Assembly: GCA_965218435.1 (NCBI GenBank)
Contig: CBDCKW010000005.1
Span: 416,001 to 480,000 of the forward strand
From: Truepera sp.
GTDB lineage: Bacteria > Deinococcota > Deinococci > Deinococcales > Trueperaceae
Reading direction: 5' to 3'
DNA length: 64,000 bases
Below the pieces are notes generated by a model that was not told where the DNA came from, made no database searches, and was given only the letters and a program-made list of their open reading frames with translations. This document shows, in pieces, positions 52,118 through 61,760 of this stretch. Position numbers and translations under genes: made by a program. Numbering within the stretch: position 1 is the first letter of the stretch; every line of letters begins with the position of its first letter.

Positions 52118-53257
52118 ATGACGGCGCGCGTCTTAACGATTAATGAGCGGCATCTCCAGACCCCCGGCGAGCTCGCCAGCCTGGCCGATTTTACTTATGT
52201 AGAGGGTAAAGGGGTCGACCCGGCTGTCGTTGTCTACGACCCCGACCTCGGCCTCTACTGCCTCGACGACGAGACGAGGCGCGCCATCTTCGTCCGGCTC
52301 CCCCCGAGCGTCGACCTCACAAGATCGCCGTTCATCTACCAGACGCAAGGGGAGCAAGCAGAACACCTGGTCGCCGTTCCTTATGACGACTTCGGGCGGC
52401 TCGCCGCCGGACTACCGAAGGTTGAGCACTTCATCCTCGTCTACGGCACCGGGCGTAGCGGCTCGACCCTGCTCAGCCACGTCTTCAACGCGTCGGGTGC
52501 CGTCGTGAGTCTGTCCGAGCCTGACGTGACCGACCAGTTCGCCTTCATCCGCGCCCCGGACGGGGGCCGAGACGCCGAACTCTCCGGACTGCTCGATAGC
52601 ACGGTGCGTTTCTTGTTCAAGCCCAGCCGGTACAAGCGGGCTACGGCCTGCGCCCTCAAGTTCCGCGGCGAGGGGGTCCGGGCGATGGACCTTTACCAGA
52701 AGACCTTCCCGGGAACCAAGAATCTGCTCTTGTACCGCGACGCGGTCGGCTGGGTGGCGTCGTTCTACCGGGTGTTCAGGAACTTCGGGACTCCGGAGCG
52801 CGAACCCGCCCAGCAGTGGGCCGAGTACCTCGGGCGGTCGCTCGGGAGGACCCCGGACGAGGTGAGGGCTAAGCTGGGCGAGGACGAGAACGAGGACGTG
52901 TCGCTGGTCGAGGCGCTCGCCGTGTGGTGGCTGTTCGTGATGGAGGACTGTCTGGAACAGCACGAGCGGGGCGTCACCTCCTTGGCGGTGCGCTACGACG
53001 ACCTGAACGCGCACCGGGAGGCGGTCGTGGGCGAGATCTTCGGCTACTGCGGCCTGCCGACCGCCGACGTCAGCAAGGCGCTCGGAGCGTTCGACAAGGA
53101 CGCGCAGGCGGGTACGCCGCTGGCTCGGGCGGACGCCAAGCGGGGCAACGCCGTGCGGCTGACCGACCAGCAACTTGCCGACCTCCACACAGTCTTGCAG
53201 TGCCACCCGGTCGTCAACACGCCCGACTTCGTGCTGCCCGGAACGCTTGAGGTCTGA
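52118..53257 (+). CDS. Sulfotransferase-fold hypothetical protein
   Basis: GTGRSGSTLL, SLSEPD, YRD, VRYDDL. Confidence 0.7.
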   Translation: MTARVLTINERHLQTPGELASLADFTYVEGKGVDPAVVVYDPDLGLYCLDDETRRAIFVRLPPSVDLTRSPFIYQTQGEQAEHLVAVPYDDFGRLAAGLPKVEHFILVYGTGRSGSTLLSHVFNASGAVVSLSEPDVTDQFAFIRAPDGGRDAELSGLLDSTVRFLFKPSRYKRATACALKFRGEGVRAMDLYQKTFPGTKNLLLYRDAVGWVASFYRVFRNFGTPEREPAQQWAEYLGRSLGRTPDEVRAKLGEDENEDVSLVEALAVWWLFVMEDCLEQHERGVTSLAVRYDDLNAHREAVVGEIFGYCGLPTADVSKALGAFDKDAQAGTPLARADAKRGNAVRLTDQQLADLHTVLQCHPVVNTPDFVLPGTLEV

Positions 53258-53339
53258 GCGGCCTGGTTCAAAGCGGTAGGCGGCTGATGATGTTGATACT
53301 GTCGGTGAAGAAGGCACCCCACCCGCCTTACCTGGGCAC

Positions 53340-53480
53340 CCGACTTTTTGCTCCCTAAAGACGCACCCATTCTGGCAGCGGCAGTCGAGGCGGGTGCCGA
53401 GCTGCTGGTTACAGGTGACCGAGTACATTTCGGGATGCTTTATGGACGGACGTTCGAGGGAACTAGCGCACACTTCTCCG
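53340..53480 (+). pseudogene. PIN-domain C-terminal fragment
   Basis: PKDAPILAAAVEAGAELLVTGDRVHFG. Confidence 0.7.
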
Positions 53481-53517
53481 CTGCGACATACGACTTGTAC
53501 ATGTTGTACACTAGGCT

Positions 53518-53769
53518 ATGAACAAGCCACTACCAACCGAAGTCACTGCCAGTGCGTTGCGCGACAACCTCGCTGCCTACCTCGACGCCGCCGAACACGG
53601 TGCTACTATCACCATTACCCGCCGGGGCCGACCCAGCCTCCAACTCGCCGTGGTAGGGGAGACGCCCGAAGCCCTCGACCTCGAGGACTTGCGCGCGTTC
53701 CGGGCGTCGCTGGGGGTAAGCGTTGAGCAGAGTGGGGTCGTCGCTGCCCGGCAGGACGAGCGGTATTAG
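53518..53769 (+). CDS. Phd/YefM antitoxin
   Basis: LRDNLAAYLD, ITRRGRP. Confidence 0.85.
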   Translation: MNKPLPTEVTASALRDNLAAYLDAAEHGATITITRRGRPSLQLAVVGETPEALDLEDLRAFRASLGVSVEQSGVVAARQDERY

Positions 53770-54220
53770 GTACTACGACACCAGCGCCGTACTGCCGCTT
53801 TATCTGGAAGAATCCGCCACTAGAGCAGCCCACGACGCCCTAGCGCGTGACGCTGGACAACTCGTGACGTCGGTCCTGACGCTCGTCGAGGTGCGCTCAG
53901 GGCTCGCCCGCTACGGGCGGGAAGGCGTACTGAACGCTTTACAGATCGAAGCTGTTTTCGAGCGAGTCCAGCATGACTTGGAACGCACCCCCCGGCGGCT
54001 CGAGCTAACCTCTGATGTTTTAACCGAAGCCGTAAGGCTTTTTAGAACGCAGCTAGCCCTGCCGCTACGGACGTTGGACACCTTGCATGTCGCCACCTGC
54101 TTGCGTTACGGTACCCGCAGCTTCGTGACGGGCGACCGCCAGCAGGTGCGCCTCGCCCAAGCGGCAGGGCTAGACGTGCATCTGCTTGGAGGCGAGCACC
54201 CGGGAGAAAGCAGCCGATGA
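53723..54220 (+). CDS. vapC: VapC PIN-domain toxin
   Basis: YYDTSAV, LRTLDTLHVA, FVTGD; start uncertain. Confidence 0.88.
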   Translation: MSRVGSSLPGRTSGIRYYDTSAVLPLYLEESATRAAHDALARDAGQLVTSVLTLVEVRSGLARYGREGVLNALQIEAVFERVQHDLERTPRRLELTSDVLTEAVRLFRTQLALPLRTLDTLHVATCLRYGTRSFVTGDRQQVRLAQAAGLDVHLLGGEHPGESSR

Positions 54221-54264
54221 AGTCACGAACAAAAGCTGCTGCTACAGCTCAGGAGGCTAGTTAA

Positions 54265-54831
54265 ATGAGCGACGTCGGCGAACGGATGATCCGTGAGTTA
54301 CAGGCGATTCGTAAAGCGCTCGAGACCTCGCAACCGCTGGGCTTCGGCAAAAAGGTGCAGCCGGTGTATGTGTTCGTTAAGCATTCACTAGAAAGTCTCT
54401 GGTACAGCCGGGATAAAGCAGTAGGAGAGAACGTACCGATTCTCGAGCGTGACCTGACCGGGTATTTGCTTAACGTCTGGCGCTTCAACAGGACGGATGA
54501 GGCAACCGGGGAAGTCGTCCCCAAACTCAACATCCAGAGCAAGGCCGATCAAGACTATGTGATTCAGTCGGGCTTCTCGACGAACTTCGCCCGCACGTTT
54601 CTCGCTGGCTTGTTGGAGCTCGAGCCCGGAGCACTTAAAGAGCCGTTGACGTTGGTGCTTGAAGATAATGCAGGCTCGCGGGCCAGACCTACGGTGTTCT
54701 GCCGGGTCGAGTCGAAGGGACAGCGAATGACGCCGACGTTAACCCGGGAGACAAAGGCTGAAGCACTCTATTATGAGGTCGTCCAGAAATTCGGGTTTGG
54801 CGACCCTTATGCGGTGGGGGAGAGCGGCTAG
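54265..54831 (+). CDS. Hypothetical protein
   Basis: 188-aa ORF with AGGAGG RBS; no motif recognised. Confidence 0.7.
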   Translation: MSDVGERMIRELQAIRKALETSQPLGFGKKVQPVYVFVKHSLESLWYSRDKAVGENVPILERDLTGYLLNVWRFNRTDEATGEVVPKLNIQSKADQDYVIQSGFSTNFARTFLAGLLELEPGALKEPLTLVLEDNAGSRARPTVFCRVESKGQRMTPTLTRETKAEALYYEVVQKFGFGDPYAVGESG

Positions 54832-54929
54832 AAACGACGAGGTCTATTCACGCCAGTGGCAAAGCGGAAACCCAACGCCGACGGAGGTTTTAGCTGTACT
54901 TAGTCTACCACTTAGTCTATAGTTAGTTT

Positions 54930-55157
54930 ATGAGTACGACCGTCAATATTCACGAGGCCAAAACGCATTTCTCTAGGCTGCTCGAGCGGGTAGCTTTGGG
55001 CGAGGAGATTGTGATCGCCCGGGCGGGAGAGCCTGTCGCCAAGCTCACTTCGCTAACACCTAAGCGAGCACGCACACCAGGGGGAGCGGTAGAGGTAAAG
55101 GTCACCGACAGCTTCTTCGATCCCTTGCCACCTGAGATCCTCACGTCCTTCGAATGA
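54930..55157 (+). CDS. Phd/YefM antitoxin
   Basis: VNIHEAKTHFSRLL, IARAGEPVA. Confidence 0.92.
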   Translation: MSTTVNIHEAKTHFSRLLERVALGEEIVIARAGEPVAKLTSLTPKRARTPGGAVEVKVTDSFFDPLPPEILTSFE

Positions 55158-55540
55158 GACTACTCCTAGATACGCACGCCTTTTTGTGGTGGTGTGCGGA
55201 TGACGTGCGCCTCAGCGAAGGGGCACGCCAAGGGATCGCAGATGCAGCAAACGAAGTCTATGTCAGTGCTGCGAGTGGTTGGGAAATCGCCATCAAAGCC
55301 AGAATTGGTAAGCTTGAGCTGGGTAGAGCGCCCGAGGCCTTTATGCTTCGTATGTTGGAACGGCACGCATTCGGTGTCCTGCCGATTACTTTGCGGCACG
55401 CCCTGTATGACTACGCCCTACCCACTTATCACTCGGACCCGTTCGACCGGCTGCTAATTGTTCAGGCACAGTTGGAAAACCTGACATTGGTGACAAACGA
55501 CAACCAGATCGCCAGGTACGACGTGTCGTCATTGTGGTGA
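55154..55540 (+). CDS. vapC: VapC PIN-domain toxin
   Basis: LLDTHAFLWW, HSDPFDRLL; ATGA overlap. Confidence 0.93.
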   Translation: MRLLLDTHAFLWWCADDVRLSEGARQGIADAANEVYVSAASGWEIAIKARIGKLELGRAPEAFMLRMLERHAFGVLPITLRHALYDYALPTYHSDPFDRLLIVQAQLENLTLVTNDNQIARYDVSSLW

Positions 55541-55634
55541 AGAATTCTTTCACTTTTGGTTCCCGTAAGTACATCAGATTTGCAGAGCACCCAACTTACG
55601 AACCCTTACAAGTTCATCACAGCAACAAACTGAC

Positions 55635-58600
55635 ATGACTTTCGAGCGCCGCCGAACTGCCTCTAAAAACCTTGGTGACGACTACCGCGATGTTATCGGG
55701 CTTGAGTACCTCATCGAGATGGTGCGTGCCCCTGAAGATGTTCTCTGGGTGAGCTTCGAGGCCGATGATGCAGGCAGCCTCGATGACGTCTATGTTGGGC
55801 GTACTGAGGGCGTCGAGTACATCCAAGCCAAGTATGCGGTTGAGCCGGGTGAGTGGTCATTGGAAGATCTTTTAGAACGCGAAGACGGCCCCCGTGCCCG
55901 CAGCCTGTTGCAGAAGTGGGTGGACTCTTGGCGTAAGGTAAGAAGCTTAGGGCACGCTTATACGCTAACCGTACGAACACGCCGCCGCCCGAATAGTGAA
56001 CTGGCCGCTTTATTTGAGGGTAACACCTTGTCCACCAGGATTCTCGATGGCGAAAGCTTCGGCGTAGAGAAAGCTGCCGTTTTCGGCCACCTCGGTGAGC
56101 ATGGTTATGAAGCAGCCGACATCCGACGGTTTCTTGGCGAATTACGTTTCGACTTCGAAGGCGTAGATGTGGAGGCGAAGCGAAACGACCTTAAGCGCGC
56201 TTTCCTCGCGCTCGGGGCGGAGGAGGAGAACTGGCTCGCGCTGCTCGACGCTCTGCGCACTTGGGTCCGCTACAAACAGCCCGGATCTGACGGTCTCGTT
56301 AGGCTCGGCGACATGCGCAAGGCGGCACGCTTGTGGAGCCCTGAGGAGGTGCGCCTGCCTCAAGACTTTCCCCTGGACGCTACGATCTACATCCTCGATT
56401 ACGGTCGGCGTCGGCAGGTCGAAACACTTTTAGAGGAAGCGGCAGGCAGTATGACGCTCCTACGTGGCGCGCCGGGCAGCGGCAAGAGCAGCTTTCTCTC
56501 CTGGCTCGCGGGCAACCCACCTATGGGCGTTAATCACGTGTTCCGGCATCACTGTTTCTTGGGCCTCGAGGACGATACGGCCGGTGCCAGGTTGGACGCG
56601 GATCGAGCCGCCTTGGCCCTCCTCGCCGAGGTAGTCACCGCAGCCCGCGAGCTCATCTCCGAGCCTGAGAAAAACAACCCGGCGGCGCTCGAGCGTGCCT
56701 TGCAAGAGGTAGCAGCGGCAGTGCACGCCGACGGGGGCAAGGTGCTCATCATTCTTGACGGGCTCGACCACGTGGTGAGAGAACACGACCTCGAGGAGGC
56801 CCGGCGACTGCTCAACTACCTGCCTTCCCCCGCTCCCGAGGGTCTTCATATTTTGATCGGCACGCAGCCCGTACAAGACCTGCTCGCGCCCCGATTCCAG
56901 CGCACCCCCAACACCGAGGTCTGGGTGGACGGGTTTAGCCTTGAGGGCACTGCCGCGTACCTTATGGCTCATGCGCAGCAGCACATCGACGACACACTTG
57001 TGCAGGCCGTCCACGAGAAATCCGATGGGAACCCCCTCTACCTGCACTATCTGGTTGAAGCAACGGTCGGCGCAGGTGAGGTGCTCACTGACCGCGCGGT
57101 GGCCCGCCTGCCCGCGTACGGCGGCGACATCGCGGCCTACTACCACGCCCTTTGGAACCGCCCGAACAGCGGACCGGTCAGCGACCGTGAGGCCGGAGAG
57201 GCCGTGCGCTTGCTGCTCGCGCTGCTCGGGTGGGCTAGCTTCGCGCTCCCCCGGGAGGACCTCGGGTACTTCGCCCGCCAGCTCGGGGTACCCGTCGTAC
57301 AGCTGAGCGCCGCTCTGCGTGACGCGACGCATCTACTCGACAGGCGTCGGCTGGAGCAAGGCACCCTTCGGCTCTACCACGAGAGCCTGCGCCGTTTCGT
57401 GCGCGAGCAGGATGAGGCCAAGACGTATCGCGAGACGGCGCTCGAGGCGCTCCTAAGCTGGGTTAAAGAGCGCGCCGATACGGCGACACGTTGGAGTGCC
57501 GAGTGGGAGCTCGAGCTGCTCCTCGGCAACCCAGAGCCACTGCTCGCCGGAGTGACGCGCGATTGGGCAATCGCGTCTCTCGACGCCCACCGACCCCACC
57601 AACGCCTTCTAGAGCTTTCACAATTAGCTGTTGAGGTCGCCGCCGATGCGGGTGACTTAGCTGAGCTTCTGAGGCGAGGTTGGCTCCTTCACTATGTAGG
57701 CGAGGCAACCGGTCATGAACGCCGGGACGCCGCGGGCTTTCATCTAAGTGCACGAGTAAGTAATGGCATGTCCAGAGACGAACTGACCAATATCCTGGCG
57801 AGCAAGAACGTCTACGGAGCGCAAAGTCTCGCAGCACTCGCGCACGCCGCCTTTCGCGATGGTTCTACCGAAGCGCCACGTCAGCTGCTCGACATGCTCG
57901 AGCATCAGCACCGCAAGGATGAGGCTTTCCTTACAACGCTTTTCAAGCTGCTAGCCTACGCCGAAATCGGTCCAGCCGGAGTGCTCACCTACTACATCAC
58001 TAACCTTAAGCACACGAAATCTACAGTGAGGTTTAATCAAGACTCGCCGTACCGCTGGCGAAGTGGATTCCGAACTTACCTGGACACGCTTACCCTGACT
58101 GGACAGGAAGAAGCCCTTCGTCACGTTGGCGAGGCGGAAGACTTAAGCCTTGCCGACCGTCAGACGGTTTACGACGCACAACTTTCTTTGGTCGTTAGCG
58201 AAGAGCGAGTAGAAGACGCTGTGAGCTTCGTAAATCAAGGCACTCGCTCAGCCTACGGTCAATGTGTCGCGCTAGCTCTAGGGCTTACGACACTACCTCC
58301 AGAAGGCGAGACGCTGCTCAGGCGCGATCCGGCACCTCGCGAAGTAAGATACAACGACGATGCAGGCTGGTCGAGCGACCACCTGCAGCTGGTGTGGTCG
58401 AGCGTCTGGTGGGCGGCACATGGTAGGCATGAAGCCCTTGAAGCCGAGGCCGAGAGGTTAGAGGGGCTCGGCATTCATGGTTGTTTCCTCAACTATCTAA
58501 TTCGGCTTGGGATGCGTGTACACGCATCCCTCGAAACGTCGAGCGAACTGGACTTATCCGCCGTCATCGCAGAACTACAGTCGCTCGTGCACCCTAAGTA

Positions 58601-61550
58601 TCCCAGCGAAGATGACTATTATGCGTGGCGGACTGGAGTCGACCATCTTCTAGAGTATCTGTCAAGAGTATCAGAACTGACCGCCCTCAAAAACCTAAAG
58701 CTTTGCGTACGTGCCGAGCATATGAGAGCCCTTCTTCACAGCCCTATCCAGCTTGAGCGAGTGCTTGACTGGCTCGTTACCAAAGGGCACCGGTGGGTGC
58801 CACAGGAGGAGCAAAACGCTATTTTAGAGGTTCTCGAAAGCTGGATCATGCCCATGCGCGAGCATTTTTCAACGCGCGCGCAACTCCTCAGCCGCCTCGC
58901 GGAGCTGGCCGCCCTGTTCGGCCAGGCAGAGCGCGCTGAGGCGCTGCTCCGGCGTGGCGCGGCGAACCTGCTCGGCTACGGTTTCCATAAAGATGCGTTG
59001 CTGTACGAGGTCATGAACGCGCTAAGCGCAGCGCACACCGCGGAATACCCTGACTACGAAAGAGATCTGCTCAGGATCGCGCCGCTGGTCGATGCAATGC
59101 CCGAGGTGACGGACGGGGACGAGACGCGGGGGTTCGGCCTAGACCTCCACAAGGGGTTACGGCAGGCGGGATCCGGCACCGCCAACAAGCTCGCCCTTCG
59201 TTACAGCGCCGAGGAGGACGTCTTTAGCTTCGACAGGGCAATAGCCCACATGCTCGGAGCGGCCGCACCTGACGACCCGGTGGCTCACGCTATGGCACAT
59301 ACGCTCACAAGCGATATCGGAGCGGCGAAAGAATTCTTTGGAAGACGCCTGAGCTACCTGCGCCAGAATGATGTTGATAGTGCGCCTCGAGCTGAAGCCG
59401 CCTACAGGCGGTGGCTCGAAGTTGAGTGCCCACCGAACCTCCGTGGCGAGCCTGAGGTGCGTCAACCAGAACGCGCATATGAAGGCGAACCCTTGCCGGA
59501 GAAGCTCGAGCGATTAACAGGACCGGCGGACCTACTTTCCTTGATTCAGGATGAACCCAGCTTCGTTTTCGATTATTCGACCTCTCCATGGATTACGCAT
59601 TTAATCCTGATATGGGAAGCAGATCGAGTTAAGGTGAACCGATCGGACGCGCGGACCCTTGCTCGAGTTTTTCTGAGCGACGAACGCTCTCGCGTTAGGT
59701 ATGACCTCTACGACGCGCTGCACACCATGCTCTGGCGCATTGGGGAGCGTCAACTTGCATTTGAGGCTCTCGTAGTGGCGCACTCTGAGGCGTGGGGTTG
59801 GTCGCGCTATATGACCTCATTCGAGGCCAACTCGGCTCGTATAGACCTCGTACTGGAACGTTTTCCGGGAGACTTCCTCACTTTTATCGTTCGAACGGCC
59901 CGTAGCGGCGGCGCGGTTATGTCGACAGGCCGAATTGTAGAGGCCCTGATCCGCGGAGGCAACCGAAGCCTCGCGTTCGACATCGTGCGGTCGTTCGTCG
60001 ATTTCGCGACCACGCTCAGGGCCGACCTAAACCTGCACCAGCCCGACTGGATAGAGGGACCAGAGGTTTCCGACGCCATCATCCTCTTCGAGCGGCTTGC
60101 ACATACCGAAATCGCCGTCCGGGAGCGAGCGGCACACGCTGTGGCGGACCTCATCAGTGAGCAGCCACAGGTGTGTGGTGCCCTTGCGTCGTGGCTATGT
60201 GATCAGCAGCAGGAGACGCGAACTTACGCCGGTCTGCTCGCTCTCACGCTCGCGTCCCAGCGGAAGCACGTGCCTATAGCGGACGTACTTCCGCGACTGC
60301 AAGCTCACTTGCGCGGTATGAGCGTCACCGCTCAGCTCCTATTCGACGTGCTCTCTGCAAATGCCGGGTGGGCACGCTCGCCTGACCGCCAACCTCCTAG
60401 CTTGCTTTTCAACGAACCCGATATGTCTACACCCCCGGAATGGTTTGAGAAATCACTTGCGAACTGGCCGGGCTTTGTGGAATGGTTGAGGGAGATAGAG
60501 AGCACAGCGCCAGGGTTGACGGTAAACGTATGGCGGTTCGCGCGCACGTTAGGGCTAACAGAAGGCATGGTGGACGAGAGCAACCAGCTTCTACGTCGTT
60601 ACGTCGATTATCGGAAACGTTTTCAGAGCTATATCTACCCTCGTGCTCGCGACGTCTTGGAGTCATCCTTAAGTCTCGCGCTGACGCACAGGCTCCAAAC
60701 CGCTGGGGTAGACGATGAAGCTATACTTCTACAGCTAGAAAGACCTCCTGTCGATCCCTTTCTCGAGCAGCTTGAGATCGACCCTAAACCTACCTGGCTT
60801 CCCCGACCCGGTAAGCAGGAGAGAGGGCTTACGACGTGGTCCGCTCAAGCGGAATCCGAAGTAAGAGCACAACTTACTTTGGATAAGGTAGGGGACACTA
60901 TTCTCTCCCTCGATGCGGGGCTGGTCGAGGGAGATGGCGAGACGTTGTGGCGTGCCGAGGCGATCGCATTCCTCCATAAAACGCGGGGAATCTTGCCGCA
61001 TGCTCAAGATCTGTGGGAAAGACTCGAGAACCTAACCGCGGGTTCGGTAGCACCTCTTTCGTGGCGACTTGGAGGGGAAGGAGACATTGTCTCGTTTCCT
61101 TCTGACGGCTCGTTTATAATGCGCGGGCTCGAGGTGCTTCCCTTGGTAGGAACGCTGCGCACGCAGGGCGGCTACTGGCATCAGCTCGCGCTGAGCACAA
61201 ACATGCGTATTCCGTTGCTCGACCATGGTTTTTTTGACGATCTGATCCCTGTTCTATCCGACGGACACCTTAGTTACCGAGACAGGGCGAAGAATGCCGA
61301 GCGGATCCGGATGAGTATTTGGCAAGACGGGATGCTCAGCAGGTTGTTCAGCGGTGTGGCTGCTAATAACTGCGGCAGTTTTTTGTCGGTCGACGCAAGG
61401 TACTTAAACGGCCGATTAGACGGCAGTGGCTGGTCCCTAGGTTGGGCACTCTCGAGTCGGACACAAGTGCGGCAAGGTTACCAGGACGAACTCGCGGAGG
61501 CAAAATGTTTCGAGCTTATCAATGTGTCTTCCATCATAAGACGTTTCTAG
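55635..61550 (+). CDS. Large STAND/NACHT NTPase with N-terminal PD-(D/E)xK nuclease-like domain (Avs-like)
   Basis: LDDV...YIQAKY; GAPGSGKS; ILDGLDH; GNPLYL; long helical C-terminus. Confidence 0.82.
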   Translation: MTFERRRTASKNLGDDYRDVIGLEYLIEMVRAPEDVLWVSFEADDAGSLDDVYVGRTEGVEYIQAKYAVEPGEWSLEDLLEREDGPRARSLLQKWVDSWRKVRSLGHAYTLTVRTRRRPNSELAALFEGNTLSTRILDGESFGVEKAAVFGHLGEHGYEAADIRRFLGELRFDFEGVDVEAKRNDLKRAFLALGAEEENWLALLDALRTWVRYKQPGSDGLVRLGDMRKAARLWSPEEVRLPQDFPLDATIYILDYGRRRQVETLLEEAAGSMTLLRGAPGSGKSSFLSWLAGNPPMGVNHVFRHHCFLGLEDDTAGARLDADRAALALLAEVVTAARELISEPEKNNPAALERALQEVAAAVHADGGKVLIILDGLDHVVREHDLEEARRLLNYLPSPAPEGLHILIGTQPVQDLLAPRFQRTPNTEVWVDGFSLEGTAAYLMAHAQQHIDDTLVQAVHEKSDGNPLYLHYLVEATVGAGEVLTDRAVARLPAYGGDIAAYYHALWNRPNSGPVSDREAGEAVRLLLALLGWASFALPREDLGYFARQLGVPVVQLSAALRDATHLLDRRRLEQGTLRLYHESLRRFVREQDEAKTYRETALEALLSWVKERADTATRWSAEWELELLLGNPEPLLAGVTRDWAIASLDAHRPHQRLLELSQLAVEVAADAGDLAELLRRGWLLHYVGEATGHERRDAAGFHLSARVSNGMSRDELTNILASKNVYGAQSLAALAHAAFRDGSTEAPRQLLDMLEHQHRKDEAFLTTLFKLLAYAEIGPAGVLTYYITNLKHTKSTVRFNQDSPYRWRSGFRTYLDTLTLTGQEEALRHVGEAEDLSLADRQTVYDAQLSLVVSEERVEDAVSFVNQGTRSAYGQCVALALGLTTLPPEGETLLRRDPAPREVRYNDDAGWSSDHLQLVWSSVWWAAHGRHEALEAEAERLEGLGIHGCFLNYLIRLGMRVHASLETSSELDLSAVIAELQSLVHPKYPSEDDYYAWRTGVDHLLEYLSRVSELTALKNLKLCVRAEHMRALLHSPIQLERVLDWLVTKGHRWVPQEEQNAILEVLESWIMPMREHFSTRAQLLSRLAELAALFGQAERAEALLRRGAANLLGYGFHKDALLYEVMNALSAAHTAEYPDYERDLLRIAPLVDAMPEVTDGDETRGFGLDLHKGLRQAGSGTANKLALRYSAEEDVFSFDRAIAHMLGAAAPDDPVAHAMAHTLTSDIGAAKEFFGRRLSYLRQNDVDSAPRAEAAYRRWLEVECPPNLRGEPEVRQPERAYEGEPLPEKLERLTGPADLLSLIQDEPSFVFDYSTSPWITHLILIWEADRVKVNRSDARTLARVFLSDERSRVRYDLYDALHTMLWRIGERQLAFEALVVAHSEAWGWSRYMTSFEANSARIDLVLERFPGDFLTFIVRTARSGGAVMSTGRIVEALIRGGNRSLAFDIVRSFVDFATTLRADLNLHQPDWIEGPEVSDAIILFERLAHTEIAVRERAAHAVADLISEQPQVCGALASWLCDQQQETRTYAGLLALTLASQRKHVPIADVLPRLQAHLRGMSVTAQLLFDVLSANAGWARSPDRQPPSLLFNEPDMSTPPEWFEKSLANWPGFVEWLREIESTAPGLTVNVWRFARTLGLTEGMVDESNQLLRRYVDYRKRFQSYIYPRARDVLESSLSLALTHRLQTAGVDDEAILLQLERPPVDPFLEQLEIDPKPTWLPRPGKQERGLTTWSAQAESEVRAQLTLDKVGDTILSLDAGLVEGDGETLWRAEAIAFLHKTRGILPHAQDLWERLENLTAGSVAPLSWRLGGEGDIVSFPSDGSFIMRGLEVLPLVGTLRTQGGYWHQLALSTNMRIPLLDHGFFDDLIPVLSDGHLSYRDRAKNAERIRMSIWQDGMLSRLFSGVAANNCGSFLSVDARYLNGRLDGSGWSLGWALSSRTQVRQGYQDELAEAKCFELINVSSIIRRF

Positions 61551-61760
61551 TGGGGTTACGTTTTTCGCTGATTCGAAGGTGATCTCCAAATGCCTAACTA
61601 AATAAGAACCCCTGTGCCTATATCGCATCCGCTTCACCGGATGGGGTTTTGGGAATAAGCATTCTTGTCAGGAGGATGTGCAGGGGCTGCTCTGTCTTAG
61701 GCGCAAATTCTCACACCTACTGTGGCCAGAAAGCTCAGATTACAGAACCGTTCTGATATT

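Noticed and set aside
52412..53473. Long antisense ORFs (also 49598-50503, 56460-57332, 22466-23176)
   Set aside because: Shadow frames of high-GC genes with no recognisable motifs.
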